Part shown: piece after piece, positions 21,713 through 30,023 of the stretch
Layout: each line of letters begins with the position of its first letter
Position numbering within the stretch: the stretch's first letter is position 1
Assembly (NCBI GenBank): GCA_007694005.1
Contig: RECN01000071.1
Span: 189-64,188 of the forward strand
Origin: Spirochaetaceae bacterium
Lineage (GTDB): Bacteria > Spirochaetota > Spirochaetia > DSM-27196 > SKKC01
Reading direction: 5' to 3'
Length of the DNA stretch: 64,000 nucleotides
Notes under the pieces: generated by a model
The model's input: the letters and a program-made list of their open reading frames with translations, nothing else
What the model was told of the DNA's origin: nothing
Databases searched by the model: none
Position numbers and translations under genes: made by a program

Positions 21713-22798
21713 ATGATGCGTGCACACAATTTCTCTGCCGGTCCGGCGACACTGCCGGAAGTTGTTCTGAAACAGGCTGCGGCCGAACTTCCCGAATACC
21801 GGGGCACCGGTATGTCTCTGATCGAATCGAGCCACCGCAGCAAGGCATACGACGAGGTTCACAGCGGAACAATCGAGCGGATCAGGCGACTGCTCAACAT
21901 AGGAGACTCGCACGAAGTATTGCTGCTCGGTGGCGGTGCGACCATGCAGTTCGGTATGGTCCCTCTGAATCTGCTGACCGGGAACTCATTCTGTGCCTTT
22001 ACCCGCAGCGGTGCCTGGGCGGAGAAAGCCTTCGAGGACGCATCGAAGGTCGGTACGGTCACCACCGTGTTCGATGGAGCATCCACGAACTACACAACCC
22101 TTCCAAACCCCTACGAACTCGAATGCGACCCGGAGGCGGCCTATCTGCACCTGACGAGCAACGAAACGATAGGCGGTCTGCAGTGGCATGACTTCCCTGA
22201 TACCGGTTCCGTGCCTATCGTCGCCGACATGTCGAGCGACATCATGAGCCGCCCGCTGCCTGTCGAGAAGTTCGGCATAATCTACGCGGGTGCCCAGAAG
22301 AATCTTGGCCCGGCAGGTGTCACCGTGGTCGTCATCAGGAAAGATCTGCTTCCGAAATGCAATCCTGCGATTCCTGCCTACCTGAGCTATCCGGTACACG
22401 CCTCTACGCAGAGCCTCTACAATACCCCTCCTGTCTTCCCCATCTATCTCATGAACCTCGTACTCGAGTGGGTAGAAGAACAGGGTGGTGTCACCGCCAT
22501 GCAGGAATCAAGCCGCATCAAGTCGGAACTGATCTACGGCATCATCGAGGAGTCGGATGGCTTCTACCATTGCCCGGTCGAAGCGGCGAGTCGCAGTCGC
22601 ATGAACGTCGTGTTCACGCTGAAAAGCAAGGATCTCGAAGCAGCCTTTGTAAAGAAGGCAGCCGATCTCGGAATGGTCGGCCTGAAAGGACATCGAAGCG
22701 TCGGAGGTGTACGGGCGAGCCTGTACAATGCGCTGCCTATGGCTGCGGTCCATGACCTTGCCGGCTTCATGCGGGGATTTGCGTCCGAAAACGGTTGA
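21713..22798 (+). CDS. serC: phosphoserine aminotransferase
   Basis: NFSAGPA, DMSS, GAQKNLGPAG and GHRSVGG motifs. Confidence 0.96.
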   Translation: MMRAHNFSAGPATLPEVVLKQAAAELPEYRGTGMSLIESSHRSKAYDEVHSGTIERIRRLLNIGDSHEVLLLGGGATMQFGMVPLNLLTGNSFCAFTRSGAWAEKAFEDASKVGTVTTVFDGASTNYTTLPNPYELECDPEAAYLHLTSNETIGGLQWHDFPDTGSVPIVADMSSDIMSRPLPVEKFGIIYAGAQKNLGPAGVTVVVIRKDLLPKCNPAIPAYLSYPVHASTQSLYNTPPVFPIYLMNLVLEWVEEQGGVTAMQESSRIKSELIYGIIEESDGFYHCPVEAASRSRMNVVFTLKSKDLEAAFVKKAADLGMVGLKGHRSVGGVRASLYNALPMAAVHDLAGFMRGFASENG

Positions 22799-22801
22799 GC
22801 A

Positions 22802-23599
22802 GTGCTGTCGGTACGCGATCTGGAAGTCAGATTCCCGGCCGCGCGCCGCGGACAGGAAGTCCGGGCGGTTCGTGGCGTCTCTTTTGACATTCCCGAGGCG
22901 GGGCGCTTTGGCCTCGTCGGCGAAAGCGGCAGCGGAAAAACCGTCACCTGCATGGCCCTTACGAGGCTCCTTGCCGGCTTCCCGGCACCGCATATTCGCG
23001 GTCAGGTACGCTTTGGCGAAAAGGTCGAGGACCTTCTCTGCGTATCTGACCGGCGTCTCAACCATATCCGCCGTCACGGAATAGCCTACATCTTCCAGGA
23101 CCCGGTCGCCTCTCTGAACCCCTACATGACCGTACGTACCCAGTTCCGGGAACTGCTGCGGCTCATTGGTGCACGTGATGATGACCCCCGCAGACTCCTG
23201 GAACTCGTGCGCCTTCCGGACCCGTCACAGGTACTCGACTCATATCCGGCGGAGCTGTCCGGTGGTATGTGCCAGAGGGTCTCGATTGCGCTTGCCTTAG
23301 CGGGCAGACCACGTCTGCTCATTGCCGATGAACCGACCACCGATCTCGACGTCCTGACACGAAATGCGATCCTTGACCTTCTGCGGGACATGTCTGAACA
23401 GGCAAATATGGCACTGCTTCTCGTTACGCACGATCTGGGCATAGTCGGTCATCTCTGTGACCGGGTCGCGGTCATGGAACAGGGCGTCATTATCGAACAG
23501 GGGGACACGGAGCATATCTTCTCGAGTCCCCGACAGACCTACACCCAAAACCTGCTGTCGGCAGTACCCCGACTCGGAGGAGGCTCCGATGCAGACTGA
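22802..23599 (+). CDS. Opp/Dpp-family ABC ATPase (OppD-like)
   Basis: GESGSGKT, LSGGMCQR and ADEPTT motifs. Confidence 0.9.
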   Translation: MLSVRDLEVRFPAARRGQEVRAVRGVSFDIPEAGRFGLVGESGSGKTVTCMALTRLLAGFPAPHIRGQVRFGEKVEDLLCVSDRRLNHIRRHGIAYIFQDPVASLNPYMTVRTQFRELLRLIGARDDDPRRLLELVRLPDPSQVLDSYPAELSGGMCQRVSIALALAGRPRLLIADEPTTDLDVLTRNAILDLLRDMSEQANMALLLVTHDLGIVGHLCDRVAVMEQGVIIEQGDTEHIFSSPRQTYTQNLLSAVPRLGGGSDAD

Positions 23600-24425
23600 T
23601 GACGGCCGCGCGGTGCTGCTTCGTGCCGACCACCTGACACTACGCTATCCGGCTCGAAAGGCGCGTCTCGGGCGGCCATCCCGGCCACCAGTCGATGCGG
23701 TGCGCGACGTGTCGCTCGCCGTCGACGCAGGTGAGATTCTCGGCGTCGTCGGCGAATCAGGCAGCGGAAAGTCGAGCCTGCTGCGATGCCTCATGCTCAT
23801 GGAACGACCGACGGCGGGCTCGATACGCTACCACGGACGGGAGCTGACCGAACTCACGCCCGTAGAGCTGTCCGAAACCCGTCAGGGCATGCAGATCGTC
23901 TTCCAGAACCCGTCGGCCTCGCTGAACCCGGATATGAGCGTGTTGCAGATTGTCGCCGAACCACTGCAGCAGCTCCGGGTCGGGTCTCCGCGTGAGCGCA
24001 GGGGGCTTGCGCTTGAAGCACTCGAGAAGGTCGGTATTTCCGCGTCGGAGGCACACGACCGGCCCGGGCATTTCTCCGGAGGCCAGAAACAGCGCATCGC
24101 CATCGCCAGGGCCATTGTCGTAAAGCCGGATATTCTGTTCGCCGACGAGGCGGTCAGCGCCCTCGATGTCACCGTTGCCGCCCGCGTTCTGGACCTGCTG
24201 CGCGCACTGCGTGACAGCATGGGGTTTTCCATGATCTTTGTCGCACACGACCTTGCGGTGGTCGCCGCGCTCTGCGACCGTATCGCGGTCATGAAGGACG
24301 GCCGCCTTCAGGAAACAGGACAGACTGCTGATATCCTTCACCGGCCGCGGGCGGAATACACCAGAAGACTGCTTGAAGCGGCGCGGCACACGGAGTTGCC
24401 ACGGCACACGGAGTTGCGCTTTTGA
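23589..24425 (+). CDS. Opp/Dpp-family ABC ATPase (OppF-like)
   Basis: GESGSGKS, FSGGQKQR and ADEAVSALD motifs. Confidence 0.9.
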   Translation: MQTDDGRAVLLRADHLTLRYPARKARLGRPSRPPVDAVRDVSLAVDAGEILGVVGESGSGKSSLLRCLMLMERPTAGSIRYHGRELTELTPVELSETRQGMQIVFQNPSASLNPDMSVLQIVAEPLQQLRVGSPRERRGLALEALEKVGISASEAHDRPGHFSGGQKQRIAIARAIVVKPDILFADEAVSALDVTVAARVLDLLRALRDSMGFSMIFVAHDLAVVAALCDRIAVMKDGRLQETGQTADILHRPRAEYTRRLLEAARHTELPRHTELRF

Positions 24426-26452
24426 ACACAGCTCATCCGTCCGCCGCAACCCTGAGGCGTGCACGCGCCGGCCTTCACTTTCTGCTTTCAGGCGGTTCAC
24501 GCCTTCTGATATTTCTCTCGATTACCTTTCTCGTCGGCGAAATTCTGCTTCGCACAGAACCCCTTCGCTACCACGTTCTCTACGAGTATCTGCTGTATCT
24601 CGGCCGCCTTCTCCGTTTCGACCTCGGCACGAACCGGGATGGCGTGCAGATCCTGTTCTACCTGCAGCCGGCCCTGCGAAATTCACTGAGGCTCTTTCTC
24701 GTACCTATGGTCGTGTCGCTGGGGCTCGCCTACTACATAGGCAGCAGAACGTACATCCGACGATCGGGAGTGATCGCGGGCGTTGTTCGTCGCATCGCCA
24801 ACTTCGCCTCGGCTGTGCCCGTGTACTGGCTGGCACTGCTCTTTTTCGTCGTAGCCGTTGAGACCGGCTGGTTTCCGGTCGGGAACGTGAGCTCCCCCGG
24901 TGCCGACCGCCTGCCACGCGTTGCGCGGTCGCTGAACTATCTGCATCACCTCGCGCTCCCCTGGGCGAGTCTGATGCTCTACCCGGTCATGGTGCTCTCG
25001 GAGCGCATACAGACGCGACTGCGCTCGGTGAGCTCACAGAACTTCGTCAAGGCACTCGAGAGCCGTGGATACCAGCGGTCGACCATCGTGCACAGACATC
25101 TCTACCCGGTGGTCCTGTCGGATCTTCTGCACGGTTTCGCCGCGCTCGTTCCCATGCTGATCACCTACCTGGTTCTGGTGGAGCGGGTCTTTAACTATCC
25201 GGGGCTGGGACTCATGACCATAGGCCAGTTTCAGGGCATCGCACCGGTACCCGATACAAGCGTCTCGCAGGCGGGCCTGACCTATCTCGGTATCCTCGCC
25301 ATACTCATACAGACGCTTGCGCGCAGCCTCGCAGGCTTGATACTACCGGAACCGACCAATGATTCCGGCGACGCCCGAACGGCCGTCTGGCGGCGAATCG
25401 CCCTCCCTGCTATCGGGGTGAGCGCGCTGCTCCTGCCGGCTCTTGCAGCAGCGGGCCCATGGCAGACCATGCAGGCGCAGGATGCAGGCATGATGCCCGT
25501 ACGCCTGCTGCTGCTTCTGCTGTCCGGTACCGCCTTTGTTTTTGCAGTGCGGCGGGTCAGGGCAGCATCTCCCGCGGCGCGCCTGTTTCGAACAGCCTCG
25601 CAGCAGCGGCTCCGTCTCTGTATACCCGTGCCTGATCCCGCCTGGGTCGGACGCGGAATCCGAACCCATGGCCGGCAGATTCTTACCATCGCGCTGCTTG
25701 CCGCAGCCTTCGCGTTGCTTCTCGGAGCCGGCTTCGTGATAGAGGCGCCTCCACGAAGCTTCGCGAACCCGATCATGGCCGAACGCGCCACGGGGATACC
25801 CTGGCCGGTCGCCTATACACAGCGGGCCATCGTGGCATCGCGATTCATGCTGATACCACTCGCGGCTGCCGTGGCTGCCGTCGTCGCAGGAACCCTTGCG
25901 GGGGGCATCGCCGGGTACCACGGGCTTCAGAGCGCCGATCGGATTGCCGACATCATCGAAACCTTTCCCTCGGTTACCGTCCTTGTCATGATGAGCGCCG
26001 CTACCGACCGCTCGATCATGGGTCTGCTTGTCACCCTGGCGCTCATCGGTGGTGCGCGCATGTACCGGAGAATCCGCTTCGAAGTCGAGCAGATCAGGGG
26101 ACGCGATTACATACGGTACAGTACGCTGCTGGGAAGCCCGGCCGGGACGGTCATGTTCAGACATATACTCCGGAACACCGCCCCGCTGATCGCACAGGCG
26201 GGTGTACTCGTTGCCGTGGACCTGTTGATCCTCGAAGCAAACATGAGCTTCCTCGGTAACTTCTACAGTCTCCCATTCGAGTGGGAGTCGTTCATTCCCG
26301 TCCGCGGCTGGGGCCTTATGCTCAACGAGACGCGCTCGCTCATGATTCGTGGTGACATAGCCCCCGCCCTGATACCGGCGGCGTTCCTTTCGGCCGCCGT
26401 CATCATCGGTCGGGCACTCGCGGGCGCTGTACGGGGGAGAACGCAGTCATGA
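24422..26452 (+). CDS. fused OppB-OppC-like ABC permease
   Basis: YLGRLLRFDLG and VERVFNYPGLG (OppB-like); EANMSFLG and WGLML (OppC-like); two EAA-loop-like segments. Confidence 0.8.
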   Translation: MNTAHPSAATLRRARAGLHFLLSGGSRLLIFLSITFLVGEILLRTEPLRYHVLYEYLLYLGRLLRFDLGTNRDGVQILFYLQPALRNSLRLFLVPMVVSLGLAYYIGSRTYIRRSGVIAGVVRRIANFASAVPVYWLALLFFVVAVETGWFPVGNVSSPGADRLPRVARSLNYLHHLALPWASLMLYPVMVLSERIQTRLRSVSSQNFVKALESRGYQRSTIVHRHLYPVVLSDLLHGFAALVPMLITYLVLVERVFNYPGLGLMTIGQFQGIAPVPDTSVSQAGLTYLGILAILIQTLARSLAGLILPEPTNDSGDARTAVWRRIALPAIGVSALLLPALAAAGPWQTMQAQDAGMMPVRLLLLLLSGTAFVFAVRRVRAASPAARLFRTASQQRLRLCIPVPDPAWVGRGIRTHGRQILTIALLAAAFALLLGAGFVIEAPPRSFANPIMAERATGIPWPVAYTQRAIVASRFMLIPLAAAVAAVVAGTLAGGIAGYHGLQSADRIADIIETFPSVTVLVMMSAATDRSIMGLLVTLALIGGARMYRRIRFEVEQIRGRDYIRYSTLLGSPAGTVMFRHILRNTAPLIAQAGVLVAVDLLILEANMSFLGNFYSLPFEWESFIPVRGWGLMLNETRSLMIRGDIAPALIPAAFLSAAVIIGRALAGAVRGRTQS

Positions 26453-28191
26453 AGCTTAGAGGTGCAGCCCGTCGCATACTCCTGCTTGCCTTCGTTCTGG
26501 TTGCGAGCACGCGGCTGACAGCAGAGGTGTTTGACTACGGTTCGACTGCAGGCAGATGGACGCAGAACCCCGCGACCGGTGCTGTCGTGCGTCTGGGGAC
26601 GTACCGGGACGGAGACCGCACCGTGCTCAGACGTGTGGTGTTCGAGGATGAAACCCTGCACAGCGTTGACCTCGCAGACCTGTACATCGGCAACGCACGA
26701 ATCCGTCGGGCGATAGAAACCGGTGACGTCGTGCTCCTGTACGTCACCGACGGAGGAAGCCGGCTCCCGAACGGTCTGTACACGGTTCCCCGGACGGAAC
26801 TCCTGGAGAATGGCGGACGGTCGGTCATCGACGCGTCGTGGCTCAGGGATCATCTGCGTGCCGATGCCGGACGCGTGGCCTCACACAGAGACTTTGACGC
26901 GCTTCCGGGCGACCGGACCGGTTCGGAAGACCGGTACGTCGTTGCTCATCGCACACCCGAAGGATCGCAGCTCGTGGTGTACGGCGCCGACGGAGGCGCG
27001 CGAAGCGTCGAAGGAGTAGACGCGAGCCGCCTCGCGGGTGATCTGCGCGTCGCCCGCGACGAGCGCACCGGTCGCCTCCTCGTATCGTTCAGAAGCCGCG
27101 GGCAGACCGAGGAGGCAGGGCTTCACGTCGGACTTCTGCGACCAGGAAACGGCAGCTACGTGTACGAGGAACTTGCCCGGCTCCCCGGTCGTTTCTTTTC
27201 GGTGTTCGGCTCTACCGGTGAGGGTCCGCGCGGTCCGCTTGGCTTCGGCAGCACCTACCGGGATGCAGGGCACGACCTGATCGTGCTCGACGACGGCAGT
27301 ATCGCCCTTGCCTACCAGTACATCACGCAGATTCAGAGCCCCCTGACACGGCCGAGCGCCGGTCTGGTCGTGTATCACCTGCCCACTGATTCAGGCGAAG
27401 CGACCCGCATGACAGTCACTGAGCCGCAGACGAGTCGCTTTGTGTTTTCGCCGCGTCTGTATCAGGCAGGTGAACAAAGGCTGTCGGTGTACTGGATCGC
27501 CGAACAGCATCCTGAGTTTATCAGCGATGTATTCAGGGCCGACGTCGATCTCGCGACGGGACACACAGGTCGTCCGGAGAACATCAGTGCGAACGCCCGC
27601 ATCGTCAGCGACCCTGCTGCGGCAGGCCCCGGTGGAGCCTTTGTGCTGTATCTGCAGCACGAACCCCGGGCCGGAACCGCCCGGGTCATCGTCCGGCAGC
27701 CGGCCGTCCGTGGGCTGAGAGAGTGGCTGCGCGTTCCGGGAGACGGTGTTCCGGCAGAGGATCTTGCTGCCCTGCTGCTCACCGTGCCACTCGCCGCCCT
27801 TTACGGTATTGCATTGATGTTCACACGCTCGCTTCCGGCGCTCCTGCTCGTATACGCCCTGACCGGTGCGCTGTATCGCTTCGGCCCCGAGCTCATTCGG
27901 CACGCGGGGACCCGCCTGATTCCCGTTCTGAGTTGCCTGTACCTTGCCGCTCACGGAGTTCCTCCGTTCAGTTTCGCAGCGGTCACGCACGGCGCTTCCC
28001 TGTTCGCACTTGCAGCGGCTGCAGCGCTGTACAGCGGCTATCTCGTACAGGCCCGTACATTCCCACCCCGGGGATCGACGACTAAGGACATGATGCTGCC
28101 GATCGCCGTCGCCGCGCTTGTGTTCAATGCGGTTCTCGCCTACCCGACCGTCGCCGAAATGCTCGCGGGTCTTAACAGCTTCGTGTACTAG
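26449..28191 (+). CDS. hypothetical protein: signal peptide, beta-rich exported domain, C-terminal TM helices
   Basis: N-terminal basic/hydrophobic leader, about 400 aa polar region, hydrophobic C-terminus; ATGA overlap with the permease gene. Confidence 0.7.
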   Translation: MKLRGAARRILLLAFVLVASTRLTAEVFDYGSTAGRWTQNPATGAVVRLGTYRDGDRTVLRRVVFEDETLHSVDLADLYIGNARIRRAIETGDVVLLYVTDGGSRLPNGLYTVPRTELLENGGRSVIDASWLRDHLRADAGRVASHRDFDALPGDRTGSEDRYVVAHRTPEGSQLVVYGADGGARSVEGVDASRLAGDLRVARDERTGRLLVSFRSRGQTEEAGLHVGLLRPGNGSYVYEELARLPGRFFSVFGSTGEGPRGPLGFGSTYRDAGHDLIVLDDGSIALAYQYITQIQSPLTRPSAGLVVYHLPTDSGEATRMTVTEPQTSRFVFSPRLYQAGEQRLSVYWIAEQHPEFISDVFRADVDLATGHTGRPENISANARIVSDPAAAGPGGAFVLYLQHEPRAGTARVIVRQPAVRGLREWLRVPGDGVPAEDLAALLLTVPLAALYGIALMFTRSLPALLLVYALTGALYRFGPELIRHAGTRLIPVLSCLYLAAHGVPPFSFAAVTHGASLFALAAAAALYSGYLVQARTFPPRGSTTKDMMLPIAVAALVFNAVLAYPTVAEMLAGLNSFVY

Positions 28192-28592
28192 AACTGAAAG
28201 GGGTGCGGCAGCAGATCAGCCATCGTGTAATAGTCTTTGACCTCCGAAAGGTCGGCTATGAGTATACGCGTATCGGGAGACGCAAACTGCGAAAGCACCT
28301 GCAGGCAGACGGCACAGGGAACCGCAAGCGGATCCGCGTCGGTCACAACCAGCACAAACTCAAGCTTTGCGTATCCGATGTCTGCAACCATGGACATAAC
28401 CGCACCACGTTCGGCGCATATCGTCGCACCGTAGCTTGCGTTTTCGACATTGCAGCCGCCGTAGATATTGTCGCGGTCTACAGGCTTGATCGCCGCGCCG
28501 ACCAGAAAACCCGAGTACGGAGCGAAGGCGTTCTCACGGGCCTGCCGTGCGATCTGCAGTGCCTTTTCCATGACCATTATATCCATACTCAT
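28188..28592 (-). CDS. cdd: cytidine deaminase
   Basis: APYSGFLVGAA, NVENASYG, CAER and PCAVC motifs. Confidence 0.93.
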   Translation of the reverse strand: MSMDIMVMEKALQIARQARENAFAPYSGFLVGAAIKPVDRDNIYGGCNVENASYGATICAERGAVMSMVADIGYAKLEFVLVVTDADPLAVPCAVCLQVLSQFASPDTRILIADLSEVKDYYTMADLLPHPFQF

Positions 28593-28685
28593 CGGCTGTT
28601 CTCCCCTGATGATACGGTAGTACGAAGCGTCACCCCGTGCAAGATCGCAGATCATCACCTATACTGAAAAAACAGACGGAGGCAC

Positions 28686-30014
28686 ATGAACACCAAGACG
28701 TTTTTCTCAGCTGACAGGGTGGTATTCCTCAGATCGCAGAACAAGCGAGATGCGATCGAGACTCTGGTGCGCACTGCCTGCGAGTCGGCTGACATACGGA
28801 ATCCGAGGCTGGTCGCTGATCTGGTGCTCGCGCGCGAGGACGAAATCTCAACAAAGGTGTCCGAAGGGGTCGCGATACCTCACGCCAAGTTGCCCGACTC
28901 CGACCGGACAGTCGGCTGCATCGGAATTTCCGCTGAGGGCGTTCCCTACGATGGCGGATCGGTTCACGTCATTGTGCTGATGCTCTGGGCGCACACGACA
29001 AACCTTCTGGTCCTCAGCGATCTCGGTCGTCTGCTGCGACGATCCGACCTCTACGAAGCGCTAAAGCGGTCCCGCACCGCGGAGCAGGTTCTGAAAGTCC
29101 TGTCGAATCCACCGACACGCGTAGAAAAGGAACCCGAGCGAAACCGGACCGCCTCGTCGACCTTCCTGCACGCGCTCAGACTCGCCGAGTCCATAGGCCT
29201 TGAGTCCGTCCTGCTTTTTCCCGACGCGATGGGGTCGGTTCATTTCTTCAAGTCTGAACCCGGCCTGCAGGATGCCCGGACATCGTTTCGCGGCCGGGTT
29301 CTGCTTCTGACCAACGACCCTGAGGCATACACGTCCGATGGTATTGTTGACGAGATCATAGACATGCCCGTTAAATCGGTCAGTGAGCACAACCTCACCA
29401 CCACATCGCTGCTTTTTCTGCTCAGTCGGGGCATTCTTGAAAAGACCGAGCGCGTCCTTACGGTATTCGGCGAACCTTCAAGCGGAGCACTGGATACCAT
29501 ACGGCTCACGAACCTGAAACGCGAGTTCGGCCCCCTGTTCAGGCTTCCCAGCGGCGGCGTCGGCGGAGACATTGACGATCTGGTGTTTGCGCGGGTCCTG
29601 CAACTGGCGACGGAGCTCGCCCAGGAAGGCCGGGAAGGGAAACCCGCGGGTACGATTTTCGTCCTTGGTGACTACGAGACGGTAAAGGGCTACTGTCACC
29701 AGCTGCTCGTCAATCCCTTTCGCGGTCTTGAGGCATCAGACCGGAACGTTCTCGACCCGAGCCTTGAAGAAACGGTGAAGGAGTTCTCGCGCATCGACGG
29801 GGCGTTTTTAATCAGCGGAGACGGTGTGATTCAGAGCGCGGGCACCTATCTGCGTGCCGATGTGGAAGTTCAGGACCTGCCGCAGGGGCTCGGTGCCCGG
29901 CACACTGCGGCAGCCGCCATTACTGCTGTCAGCGCATCCGTTTCCATAGCGATAAGCGAATCGACAAAGCGGATCTCCGTCTTTCGCCAGGGACGGCGCG
30001 TCATGAGCGCCTGA
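28686..30014 (+). CDS. PTS EIIA-domain / diadenylate cyclase (DAC, DisA_N) fusion
   Basis: N-terminal RE...ST...GVAIPHA (EIIA phospho-His); C-terminal EGREGKPAGT, IDGAF, GLGARHTAA and ISES DAC motifs. Confidence 0.85.
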   Translation: MNTKTFFSADRVVFLRSQNKRDAIETLVRTACESADIRNPRLVADLVLAREDEISTKVSEGVAIPHAKLPDSDRTVGCIGISAEGVPYDGGSVHVIVLMLWAHTTNLLVLSDLGRLLRRSDLYEALKRSRTAEQVLKVLSNPPTRVEKEPERNRTASSTFLHALRLAESIGLESVLLFPDAMGSVHFFKSEPGLQDARTSFRGRVLLLTNDPEAYTSDGIVDEIIDMPVKSVSEHNLTTTSLLFLLSRGILEKTERVLTVFGEPSSGALDTIRLTNLKREFGPLFRLPSGGVGGDIDDLVFARVLQLATELAQEGREGKPAGTIFVLGDYETVKGYCHQLLVNPFRGLEASDRNVLDPSLEETVKEFSRIDGAFLISGDGVIQSAGTYLRADVEVQDLPQGLGARHTAAAAITAVSASVSIAISESTKRISVFRQGRRVMSA

Positions 30015-30023
30015 TCCGGTCGC

